A DNA stretch of 64,000 bases from Eledone cirrhosa (Eukaryota): positions 4,898,001-4,962,000 of the forward strand of contig OZ024762.1 of the NCBI GenBank assembly GCA_964016885.1, read 5' to 3'. Of this stretch, positions 13,647-25,439 are shown one piece after another. Made by a program: the position numbers and the translations under genes. The notes under the pieces were generated by a model. That model had not been told where the DNA came from, searched no databases, and saw only the letters and a program-made list of their open reading frames with translations. Numbering within the stretch: position 1 is the first letter of the stretch; each line of letters opens with the position of its first letter.

Positions 13647-16600
13647 TTATTATTATTATTTCCATTATTATATATATTTCACACCATTACTGCTTTACCG
13701 AGCACAGCTCTGTGGTCCTTGGGTACGTGCAGTGTAGTTTTGCTGATGATGTTTCTATTGATAGTACTTTACTTAATATGTGTGCAGTGCCTAGTAGTGC
13801 TATCTTTTGTATGTTGTATATATTTGTAAGTCCTGTGGTACTCTATATAATATATATACAGTACCTAGTAGTGCTATCTTTTGTATGTTGTATATATTTG
13901 TAAGTCCTGTGGTACTCTATATAATATATATACAGTACCTAGTAGTGCTATCTTTTGTATGTTGTATATATTTGTAAGTCCTGTGGTACTCTATATAATA
14001 TATATACAGTACCTAGTAGTGCTATCTTTTGTATGTTGTATATATTTGTAAGTCCTGTGGTACTCTATATAATATATATACAGTACCTAGTAGTGCTATC
14101 TTTTGTATGTTGTATATATTTGTAAGTCCTGTGGTACTCTATATAATATATATACAGTACCTAGTAGTGCTATCTTTTGTATGTTGTATATATTTGTAAG
14201 TCCTGTGGTACTCTATATAATATATATACAGTACCTAGTAGTGCTATCTTTTGTATGTTGTATATATTTGTAAGTCCTGTGGTACTCTATATAATATATA
14301 TACAGTACCTAGTAGTGCTATCTTTTGTATGTTGTATATATTTGTAAGTCCTGTGGTACTCTATATAATATATATACAGTACCTAGTAGTGCTATCTTTT
14401 GTATGTTGTATATATTTGTAAGTCCTGTGGTACTCTATATAATATATATACAGTACCTAGTAGTGCTATCTTTTGTATGTTGTATATATTTGTAAGTCCT
14501 GTGGTACTCTATATAATATATATACAGTACCTAGTAGTGCTATCTTTTGTATGTTGTATATATTTGTAAGTCCTGTGGTACTCTATATAATATATATACA
14601 GTACCTAGTAGTGCTATCTTTTGTATGTTGTATATATTTGTAAGTCCTGTGGTACTCTATATAATATATATACAGTACCTAGTAGTGCTATCTTTTGTAT
14701 GTTGTATATATTTGTAAGTCCTGTGGTACTCTATATAATATATATACAGTACCTAGTAGTGCTATCTTTTGTATGTTGTATATATTTGTAAGTCCTGTGG
14801 TACTCTATATAATATATATACAGTACCTAGTAGTGCTATCTTTTGTATGTTGTATATATTTGTAAGTCCTGTGGTACTCTATATAATATATATACAGTAC
14901 CTAGTAGTGCTATCTTTTGTATGTTGTATATATTTGTAAGTCCTGTGGTACTCTATATAATATATATACAGTACCTAGTAGTGCTATCTTCTGTATGTTG
15001 TATATATTTGTAAGTCCTGTGGTACTCTATAATATATATACAGTACCTAGTAGTGCTATCTTCTGTATGCTGTATATATTTGTAAGTCCTGTGGTACTCT
15101 ATATAATATATATACAGTACCTAGTAGTGCTATCTTCTGTATGCTGTATATATTTGTAAGTCCTGTGGTACTCTATATAATATATATACAGTACCTAGTA
15201 GTGCTATCTTCTGTATGCTGTATATATTTGTAAGTCCTGTGGTACTATATAATATATATACAGTACCTAGTAGTGCTATCTTCTGTATGCTGTATATATT
15301 TGTAAGTCCCAGGGTTTGGCTATGTATTTGGCTGTATGTTTTTTTTTATCACCCTTAGAGCACCTATTATTATAGGTGTTTCTGTTTTCATTTTCCACAT
15401 TCGAGTTATTTCTATCTCTAGATCTTTATATTTGGAGAATTTCTCTATTTCCTTGGAAGATATATTGTCCTCTGTGGGGATTGGTACATCTATTAGAAGG
15501 CAGTTTTTTTTTCTTTGTGGTCTTTGACTACAATATCTGGTCGGTTGGCTTTGATCTCTCTGTATTGGCATATTCCTGAGAATGGATGCTTTGTCATTCA
15601 TATGTTTTGCCTTCCTTCAAGATAGAATGAAGCTTCTTACTTCTCACATGTTTTTCAACAAGTTTCAGCACACAGTTGTTTGTTGTTTCAAGGTATTTGG
15701 CCAGTCCAATAGTGGTGGTCGTGTAGGTAAGTTCAAATTGGATCAGGCCACGGCCTCCTTGAGTTCTAGGAAGGTAAAGACGATCCACATCTGCTTTCGG
15801 GTGGTGCATCCTACTACAAGTCAGTAACTTATGGATTTTGGTGTCGATTCTTTTAATTTCACTCATATTCCAGTTCAACACACCGAAGCTATAAGTGACA
15901 ACTGGGACTGCCAAGGAATTTATGGCTAACACCTTGTTACGAGCATTTAGTTCTGATCTCAGAACTGCATGTACTCTCCTGTAACATTCTTTCCTTACCC
16001 TCTCTTTCATACTTGCATGCTGTATGCTAGAGCCCTCATTAATCCCTAAGTATTTATAGGTTTGTTCCTGCTCAAGTTCCTTTATGGCTGTTTCAGCATC
16101 TAATTTGACTGAGTTTGAGTTGATGAGCTTCCCCTTCTTGAAAGTGGCTTTGGCACACTTGTCAAGTCCAAATCCATCCTGATGTCATCACTAAATGTTT
16201 TTTACTGTCCACGAAAGGCCTTCTTTGCAATATAGCTTTAAACCATCCATATAAAATAGGTGGCTTACTTTCTTGTTGTCGATGGTGTAACCATATCTTG
16301 TTCTATTAAGTTTGGATGTAAGGGGTATTAAAGCTATACAAAACAGTAAGGGGGGGTGGGTCACCTAATGCCACAGTTGGTGTTTATATTCTTAGAACTT
16401 AGTACTCCATTGGAATGAAATAATTGGAGATTTGTGTTCCACAATGACATATTGCGTTTCGTTGGGCTTTTACTTGGACTTTTTGTTTCAGAGTTTCCTT
16501 GGTTGATATTAGTACTTCTCTAGAAGTCCATTTTTTCTCTTTACCTTTCTTCCCTTCCTGGATGTTACATCATTTCCAGTGATTAGCTCATTCAGTAAAG

Positions 16601-17570
16601 ATATTTCCCCTCTCATTAGGTAAATCTCCTTTTCAATTCTACTCCTCCAAATTTGTTTACTTCTCAAGTTAGACTTTCTTTGTTTTTTTGGTGGTAAACA
16701 ATTTGTTTCAATTAGCAGATGCATAAATGATTTCATTTAACTCAGTAAGATCAGGTTCTAATTCTTCTATGATTTTTTTTGTTATAGAGTTACCAATCAT
16801 TATTTGTTTTTTTATTTTGGATTCTATTTGGGAGTTTGAAGTGGTTCTCTATCATTTATACTAGAATGTCTTACAACTGTAAGCTCATTCAATATTTTCT
16901 GTTTCAATTCCGTCATAAACTGTGTTCTTCAGCAAAAGTTTGGTCTTCAAGTACTGTTTCTATACCTCATTCCTGGCTATTTTCAGCAGGTCCAAATAGG
17001 ACTACTCACTTCTACAAACCTATTTGAGATGTGGTCAGATGGTGGTCTTTCGGCAAAGACTTGTGACTAGTTACTATCTCCAGGAGATTCTTCAGTTCTT
17101 TCATGACTTATATTTATGTCATTCTCCACAGCATGCTTCAGTTCAGTTATTTCAGTGTCCGTGAGTCTATTATTTATGAAGATATTCCTCCTAACATTTG
17201 CTAACTTATTTTCATCCAGATAACGTCTGCTATCGTGATTCCGTGTTTTCCAGACTTTGTAAGAGTTTGCAGTGTGTCTGTCTTGTGATGTCTTACTTAA
17301 TGCATAGTAATATACGTATGTTACTTCTTTATACTCTTCTCGGGTCCATTTCATCCTTTTACATTTTTCTTTTTGGGGTGGCTTGGGTGGGCGATCGGGG
17401 GGGGGGGGGGGTCGAGTTGGGACAATCCCCTTTCAAGTGACCATCCAGGTCTATAATCGAAAAAGAGTGTGTGCCAGAGGAGGACTTTTCGATCTCAGGC
17501 TGGCACCTTCCTGAGGGACGCGCTTCTTGATTAACCATAGGACAAGCGATTTGGTGTTCTTCCCACAATA
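13647..17570 (-). mobile_element. R4/Dong-clade RLE non-LTR retrotransposon, decayed and internally deleted
   Basis: N-terminal MKWTREE..ENKLANVRR; RT SHLFYMDGLKLY (~16230-16265); NKVLAINSLAVPVVTYSFG..RLYLPRTQGGRGL; RLE LIDV..EKFSKYKDL..IIIGAL; QKIALLGTAHIL; (AAT)n tail. Confidence 0.8.
13785..15308. repeat. 74-bp minisatellite, ~20 copies, inside the 3' end of an R4/Dong LINE
   Basis: CAGTACC recurs at 13859 and 13933 (period 74). The minus strand of the unit reads GLTNIYNIQKIALLGT, the LINE C-terminus. Confidence 0.93.
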
Positions 17571-17804
17571 CTACATACTTCCGTTACGCATGGGATCGGA
17601 AGTCCATGGAATGTTGCCCGGCTCTATGGGTAGTGCATTGGTTGGCCAGCAGTGAAATCATTATTACCATTATAACAACGGTATAGTTATGGCTATTGCA
17701 GTTGTTGATTGGGGTGATGTCGTGATGGCGACAGCTGTAAGGGGTGTAAGAGAATTTTCTCAACTGTTCCTGTAATATGAGTAGTGTTGGTGGTGGTAGT
17801 GGGG

Positions 17805-18972
17805 GGATTCTATTCGAGAGGACTTTTGGTCTAGAGCCAATGGACAACTTCCAGAAATCCCTGGCCTGGCAGTGCTACCGGAGATCGCTGCCGGTTCGGG
17901 ATAAGCTCTACAGGCATGTAGAGATGCGCATCGGACGACGAAACCGTCCTGCACGCACTCGTCCAGTGTCCGAGCATCGCTGACTTCTGGGTTTACGTCG
18001 AACATCTGCTGTCGCGTGTAAGGCGGATCCGGCTATCAGCTGCGTCCATCGTGAAGATTGCCCCGCCGCCCTCCTTTAACCAGGAGGGGCAGGCAGTTTT
18101 ATCTGCCTGGTGGCTATAGTAAAAGAGATCGTATGGTGGACGTGTCTGAAAAGGTTGAAGACGGGCACTTTCCTGTTCGGCGACGGCCTCATTAACTTTT
18201 TCAGGTTTCACCTGAAAAGGACAATCAGTTTGTTGAAAGGTGGGTGAGAGAGGCAAGAATGGCTCGTGTGAATGGGCCTACCCTGAGCGTGTGCCTATAA
18301 TATCGTAGGAGGAAAACTGGGAGAGGGCGCTTGCCCTAGCGGTCAGGGTAACCGTGGCTTTTTTGTGGGCTTTCTCAATGAGGGACCCTCGGAAGTCTCC
18401 CCTCTATTGGGGAATTTTTCATTGTTTTTCTTTTTTTGTTACATCCTCTGTTTTTAGTTTTTTTTTTACACGCAGAAATGCCCCCATTTGTACCGTCCTG
18501 TATTGTCTTCTGCTGTCATTAATGTTATACTTTGTGTCAACCCTTGTGGTTAATAAAGAAACTATTATTATTATATTAAATCAGGGTGGAGAGACAAGTG
18601 TTGTCTTCTAGTAAGTTTGTTGAACGGTGGGTGAAAGTAGCGAATCTGGTCCGAGTGAACGGGCGCGTTCTGAGTATGCGCCTGTAGATTGAGGAGTGGG
18701 AGAACTGGGAGAGGGTGCTTGCCCTGGTGGTCAGGGTGGCCGTGGTCTTTTGTGTGGTTTTCACCACGAGTGACCCTCGGAGGTTTCCCCCTTTTGGGTG
18801 AATGTTTGTTGTTTTAATTTTTTTTATTTGTTTTTACACATTTCTATCTTCTTGTTATAACCTTTATACACGGCCAAAACCCACTTTGTATCGTCCTGTA
18901 CCGTTCTGTGCCGTCTGTAATGTTTTTCTTCATGTTAGCCCTTGTGGCCAATAAAAAACCATTATTATTATT
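17805..18972 (+). mobile_element. Two tandem Tx1-like LINE 3' fragments
   Basis: MDNFQKSLAWQC..LPVRDKLYRH homologous to 8551+. Both end in CCCTTGTGG..AATAAA..(ATT)n. Confidence 0.75.
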
Positions 18973-18973
18973 A

Positions 18974-19155
18974 TGGATTGGCAGTATCGGTAGAGGGTCG
19001 GATGCCATGCTTTGAAGCATAGAGTTACCTCCCTGTATGATCTGAGTTCAAATCCCGCCGAGGTTAACTTTGCCTTTCATCCTTCCGGGGTTGATAAAAT
19101 AAAGTACCAGTAATGCACTGGGTAATTGCTGACCTTGTGCCAAACGTAGAAACAA

Positions 19156-19219
<64 letters not shown>

Positions 19220-19812
19220 GGCGGTGAATTGGCAGTATCGGTAGAGGGTTGGACGCCATGCTTTCTAGCACAGTTACGTCCCTTTACAATCTGAGTTCAA
19301 ATCCTGCCGAGGTTAACTTTGCCTTTCATCCTTACGGGGTCGATAAAATAAAGTACCAGTAATGTACTGGGTAATTGCTGGCCTTGTGCCTAAAGTAGAA
19401 ACAATTATTATTATTATTACTGTAAATAATATCATGTTTATACAGTTTTTATCATAATTATGCACAGGCCTAAATCCTATAACTATACTTTAATGTTCTC
19501 ATCATTATTTACTTTTACTATCATTAATAACTGTTTCTACTTTATGCACAAGGGCAGCAATTACCCAGTACATTACTGGTACTTTATTTTATCGACCCTG
19601 TAAGGATGAAAAGCAAAGTTAACTATCATTAATGAGTTGGCAGTATCGGTAGAGTGTCGGACATGCTTTCCAGCATAGTTACGTCCCTTTACAGTCTGAG
19701 TTCAAATCCCGCCGAGGTTAACTTTGCCTTTCATCCTTACGGGGTCGATAAAATAAAGTACCAGTAATATACTGGAATAATTGCTGGCCTTGTGCCAAAA
19801 GTAGAAACAATT
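18974..19812. mobile_element. SINE cluster (three + copies, one partial - copy) with (ATT)n tails
   Basis: Same tRNA-SINE consensus. Confidence 0.85.
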
Positions 19813-20184
19813 AATAACGTCTGTCATTTTCGTTTAATAATTTTGTTTATGGAAAAAATGAAACGAAATTTCATTTCCCACTCAGCCGTTAATATGCATA
19901 AGGTAAGTATATACGTTCAACAATCTGGCAGGGAGGTATACGTTGCTGACGATAGCTAATAAGCTTGAAACTAGTACAGCGTTCCTTTGTCAGTGTTGAA
20001 CAAACGAGCAACGATGGTTGCTGGACACTACGCTTAATACGGGCTGTTTGTTTACAAACACACCGAGCATTATAATAAATGTTCGGTGAATCCATACGTA
20101 CATATATATATGTGTGCATGTATGTATATATATATACATACCACTGTACGTCTGTATACATATATGTATGTACGTGTACATACT

Positions 20185-20580
20185 TATAATTTTATTTACA
20201 TTATTCTCAAACTCCGGAGCTGGAAATCATTCGGTTATTCTAAATAGAATATTAGTCTAACGATTTCTTTTATAGCATAAATGTGGTTTTGTCTTTACAA
20301 GAAATTGTTCTTTACGCTCCACATAACGTAATTATCCTCGCATTTTTTCGTCCATCGCCAGAGAACATGTTTTCCTTCGGTTGCAACGTTTTTTTAAATA
20401 TTTACTTCTGCGTCCACAGATTGATTTGTTTCACTTTCAGAAGATCCCGTTAAAGGCGAAGGCAGAGATTCTTTGCTTAAACGTTAATCTGTTCTTATAA
20501 TAAATATTTGCTCTACGGGTTTTTATATATAATCCTCACGGAGACCTCTTCGGATTTTAGTCTTCCATTTATTATTACTA
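20185..20580. repeat. Dispersed ~400-bp element; homologous copy at ~35310-35880 with internal tandem duplication
   Basis: Shared AATCATTCGGTT..TAGTCTA..GTGGTTTTGTCTTT..CAGAAGATCCCGTTAA..GGATTTTAGTCTT; both end in (TA)n. Confidence 0.75.
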
Positions 20581-20823
20581 TATATATACATATATATATA
20601 TAAAATGGTTTATTATATAGGCACAAGGCCAACAATTTTTTTTTGGGGGGGGGGGGTCTATTAAATCGACCTCCGTGAGTGACTGGTACTTTATTTTATC
20701 GACCCCGTAAGGATGAAAGGCAAAGTTAACCTTGGCGGGATTTGAACTCAGACCGTAAAGGGCTGTAACTCTATGCTGCAAAGCATGGTGTCCGACTCTC
20801 TAGCGATACTGCCAATCCACCGC

Positions 20824-20874
<51 letters not shown>

Positions 20875-20983
20875 TATATAATTGTTATATACTGTATTGT
20901 TCTCCTGACACACACAGAAACACTCACACACACACACATGCACACGCACACACATAGAGACACACAAACACGCTTCTATGCAT

Positions 20984-21113
20984 GCACACTTCTTCAAAGC
21001 ACTATTATCACGTGACTGTATATATGACTATATTATTTTATAGTTATTTTGACATTTCTTTCGGCTGTCAAACAACGATTCAAATTGTAAACAAATTTCT
21101 CGTTTGATCGGTG
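20984..21113 (+). promoter_or_regulatory. Putative promoter/5'UTR of exon B; E-box ATCACGTGAC (21007-21016), GTAAACAA (21087-21094)
   Basis: Paralogous to 3379-3523; both motifs retained. Confidence 0.55.
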
Positions 21114-21702
21114 ATGGCTAAAAACACAAATATTTCTCCGGATAATGATGCGGTTAAAAGTCAAAAAGACATACCAAGAGATGGATTAAAACTACAACCA
21201 GAGGCACCCATCCTGAAAACTAAAGCGTCACACAACCGGGCAGCCAAAGAGTTCGTTATCACGACAACCAAAGTGGTAGCCCTCCCGTCAGTTGTCACGT
21301 CAGTCAAAAGTGAACCGTCAGCTCTGATGACAAATGTATTTAAAAGCCACGATTTAGAGGAACAAGAGGAAATACCCTCGACTTTCCTCTACACTCTTAC
21401 GGTTCTAACTCAAATTTCGGTATTGTCAATAGGCTATGAGTATGGTGTGACTTCAAGCGCTTTACTTATCCTTGAAGAAACCATGCAGTTACCATTCATT
21501 TGGCAACGATTACTACTTGCTGGACCCCTACCGTTGGCAATCATAGTTTCTATGATTGCATCGAAACTTGGCGATTCATTTGGGCGTAAAAATACTGTCA
21601 TGATCAGTAGTGTCATGTTTTTCGCTGGATCTTTCGTTTCTGGAAATGCACTGAATAATTATATGCTTCTAGCCGGAAGATGGTTGGTGGGCTGTGGATA
21701 CG
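21114..21702 (+). CDS. SLC2A13: First coding exon B of an SLC2A13/HMIT-like transporter (196 codons + 1 nt, phase-1 donor)
   Basis: ATG at 21114 in the same context as exon A. Motifs GYEYGVTSSALL, WQRLLL, DSFGRK, GRWLVGCGYG. Donor G|GTAAGA follows 21702. Gap-free alignment to exon A over 95 codons. Confidence 0.88.
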
Positions 21703-21859
21703 GTAAGAGACAAAAGATTTTTTGTTATTTATTCTTGTTTATAGTTTTACAACTGGCCCTCATTTTTAATCGATTTTTATATATATCTAAACAAACACAC
21801 ACACACACACACACACACATATGGTGTTGATCAGAACAGAGTTGATAGTGTCATGTAGT

Positions 21860-22495
21860 AATTGTTTCTACTTTTGGCACAAGGGCAGCAATTACCCCAG
21901 TGTATTACTGGTACTTTATTTTATCGACCCCGTAAGGATGAAAGGCAAAGTTAACCTCGGTGGGATTTGAACTCAGACCGTAAAGGGACGTAACTATACT
22001 GGAAAGTATGGCGTCCGACCCTCTACCGATACTGCCAATCCACCGCATGTAATAATTGTTTCTACTTTTGGCACAAGGGCAGCAATTACTCCAGTGTATT
22101 ACTGGTACTTTATTTTATCGACCCCGTAAGGATGAAAGGCAAAGTTAAACTCTGTAATAATATTTTCAAAATAGAAATTTAGAAGATATTTTATAAAACT
22201 TAAGCAACGTTGGGGGAATTTGAAATTTCAAAATGGGAGCGTTCCGACGCAGAAAATGACTGCAATAACATACGATCTCGATTGACAGAATCGGTAGAGC
22301 GTTAGACAGCATGCTTTGCAGCATAGAGTTACGGCCTTTTGTGGTCTGAGTTCAAATCCTGTCGTGGTTAGCTTTACCTTTCATCCGTACAGGGTCGATA
22401 AAATAAAGTACCAGTAATGTACTGGGGTTGATTTAATCGACTTTCCCGCCCCTTCAAAAATTGCTGGCCCTGCGCCTATGGTAGAACTCATTATA
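21860..22495. mobile_element. SINE copies downstream of exon B
   Basis: Two minus copies and one plus copy of the tRNA-SINE. Confidence 0.8.
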
Positions 22496-22989
22496 AATAA
22501 TAGTTGAAAAAATTGGATAAAATATTCTTGGAGACAGGAAAGAGTAGGCAGAAACACCTGCGAGAGGTCTTTTTTGCCCTCACCATGGGTATTTTAACTA
22601 ATTTTTTCAATTATTATCTCTAGCCCAATCCATTCCAGGGCCTTTTCTCTCCTGTTGGATGAATATCTCCCTCATTTATGTAATAGTATGAAAAGCACTC
22701 TACGTTACGCAATGTATCCATCGTAGGTGTTTGCAGGAACAGGGTGAAATATTTATTTGATTAAAATAACAGGAGGCCTGACTGGTAATGTTACTTTAAA
22801 GTTTTATTGTTGCAAACACACTATATATATATAAATCACTGACCTGATTACGTAAGATCTTGGCGACTTCATCAGATGTTGATCTCATAATTAGTTAATC
22901 AATAAAGGATTTACGGCAAACAGAAAACAGAAAATATAGAAAATATTTGATTTGGAGATGACCCGCGAAATAGGTGTTATTGTTGCTAC

Positions 22990-23069
<80 letters not shown>

Positions 23070-23073
<4 letters not shown>

Positions 23074-23445
23074 AATTCCTGAAAGTTAACCTGTTGAAGG
23101 CGACTGATGAAACCTGTGGCTGCAGCAGACCTTTAGGCAGGAGGAGAGTAACTTGGTGGTGGAACAGTAAGGTGGAGGAGTCCATCAAGCGCAAAAAGCA
23201 GGCTTGGAAAGAATGGCAGAATGGGGGTAGTAGAGAACTCTATCGGGTAGCTAGGAGAGAAGCTAGACAAAAGTATACTTTGCAAAGATGGAAGCAGAGG
23301 ATAGAAAGTTCAAGCATGTTCTACAACGCGAGGACCAAAAACGTGAGGTGTTCAGGATTGCAAGACAATGTGTAAAGGATAACCGTGATATTGTCAGGGA
23401 GAAGTGTGTCCGTAATGATGATGGTGTACTTGCCCTCACTGGTTC
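23070..23445 (+). mobile_element. RTE-clade LINE ORF2 internal fragment
   Basis: ETCG..TWWWNSKVEESIKRKKQAWKEW..YRVARREAR, frameshifted. Confidence 0.7.
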
Positions 23446-23635
23446 CTTCACTCCCAGTGGGTTAACCGCGCGATGGGGTATCCAGCCCGACTATTTCTAT
23501 GTCCCCTGCAGGGTGTCCAAAATCACCCTCCTCACCAAGTAAACTTGGTGGGGTTGCCATTTTAGTCGCCGACGACCCGACCATGCGACAGGTTGTCCTG
23601 GGTTACATGTTATCAGTAGCACTCAAGAGTGACCC

Positions 23636-23674
<39 letters not shown>

Positions 23675-23676
<2 letters not shown>

Positions 23677-23865
23677 CGAAGGAAAAGTGGTAAGGAACCA
23701 GGTGGACCATAACGCACCAAAGTACTCAATACTTGAGGTAGTAGAGTGGATAATAGGAACCAGTAAGACCCCGACAGCTGAGCTCAAGCCGTTTCGACGG
23801 CTAATTCTGGACTCAGAATTAGCCGTCGAAACGGCTTGAGCTCAGCTGTCGGGGTCTTACTGGTT

Positions 23866-23870
<5 letters not shown>
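23675..23870. mobile_element. (TA)n-embedded element with terminal fold-back (57-bp arms); relatives at ~5211-5358 and 42847-42968
   Basis: Shared GGAACCAGGTGGACCATAACGCACCAAAGTACTC head; perfect hairpin 23753-23870. Confidence 0.7.
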
Positions 23871-23928
<58 letters not shown>

Positions 23929-24213
23929 AAGGCGGGTAAAATTCCCGAGATCCATGGACGAGTTCTCTCCAGCGGTCTCTGTCCCTCATCATCGCTGCCA
24001 TATCCTGCATCTCCAACAGACCAGTGTCTGTCCTTAGGGCATCAACATATGTTAACCTTGGTCTTCCTCTTCTAGTGTGTCCAACAAGGTTCAATGAATA
24101 CACCAAAGAATGAGTTTTACAATAGATTGGAAGCACTCAACATAATTGGTTTTCCGGAGTTATTAATATTAATTCAAAATATTAACCAAAATAGACATTC
24201 GTGTGATCAAGTA

Positions 24214-24280
24214 TATTTTATTATACATATTTCAGAGGTACTGAGATATCTTCAACAGTACGTCCTCATCAGATAAAATA
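24214..24280 (-). ncRNA. Minimal type-I hammerhead ribozyme
   Basis: Minus strand reads TATTTTAT-CTGATGA-GGACGTACTG..CAGTACCTCT-GAAA-TATGTATA-ATAAAATA: same stem I as the 47863 copy, a different but pairing stem II, intact core. Confidence 0.75.
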
Positions 24281-24559
24281 AGATGATGCATGACATACCC
24301 TGACTTAGTAGATGGTTAAGATTCAGTCATGGTAGTGAATAAGATATGACAAAACTCAATATTTATATACCTGAAGATTGAGACATGATAAACTGTACAT
24401 ATAATACAAAGGGTGCGTGTGAGAAAGCTTAAAATACATAATAGCAATTTACATAACTGTTAGAGATTCAAATAATTTAAATTATTGAAGAAAGAAGAAA
24501 GAAAGAAGAAAGACATAGAGAAATAGATGAGGAAAAATATAGTCGGGCAAAAAATATTC

Positions 24560-24815
24560 GTCGTCCGCCGCGCATCTCGGAGAGGCCCGGCTGACGGCGC
24601 TTCCATGCCTGTAGAGCTTATCCCGAACCGGCAACGCTCTCCTGTGGCACTGCCAGGCCAGGGATTTCTGGAAGTTGTCCATAGGCCCCGGTCTGAAAGT
24701 TCTCTTGAAGAGAGCGGACAGCTGATCGTTTTGGACGCCCATGATCTCCCCAAGAACGTCGTCGCACTTCCCCTCCACTAGTCCTCTATAGAACGCCGAG
24801 GTGGATGTTCAACTG
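24560..24815 (-). mobile_element. Tx1-like LINE fragment
   Basis: FKRTFRPGPMDNFQKSLAWQC..LPVRDKLYRHG. Confidence 0.75.
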
Positions 24816-25282
24816 ATATCATAATAATAATAACAATAATAACAATAATAATTGTTCCTACTTTAGGCACAAGGCCAGCAATTACCCCAGTGTATTACTG
24901 GTACTTTATTTTATCGACTCCGTATTGATAACAATAATAATAATGCCTTGCAACTATAATAAAAATGTCTTTCTAGTAACAACGTGGTCGATAAAATAAA
25001 GTACCAGTCACGCACTGGGGTCGATTTAGTCGACTTTCCCCTCTCCCCCCCCCCCCCCTCCCCCCCAAAAAAAAATCGCTGGCCTTGTGCCTATATAAGA
25101 AACCATTATTATTGTTGCCTTGCGGTGGTTTGGCAGCATAGGAGTTATGGCCCTTTACGTTCTGAGTTCAAATCCAACCGAGGTTAACTTTGCCTTTCAT
25201 CCTTACGGGGTTGATAAAATGAAATACCAGTAATACACTGGATGATTGCTGGCCTTGTGCCAATTGTAGAAACAGTTATTAT

Positions 25283-25384
25283 TGCTGCCTTGAAAGCAAT
25301 TTGTTGAAAGGTGAGTGAGAGGATCGAGTATGGCCCGAGTGAATGGTGCTGCTCTGAGTGTGAACCTGTAGATTGGAGGAGTAC

Positions 25385-25439
<55 letters not shown>

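Noticed and set aside
8883-13829. Three overlapping 1500-1650 aa Cys/Pro-rich ORFs
   Set aside because: Product of a stop-free 37-bp satellite; all three frames give the same periodic peptide.
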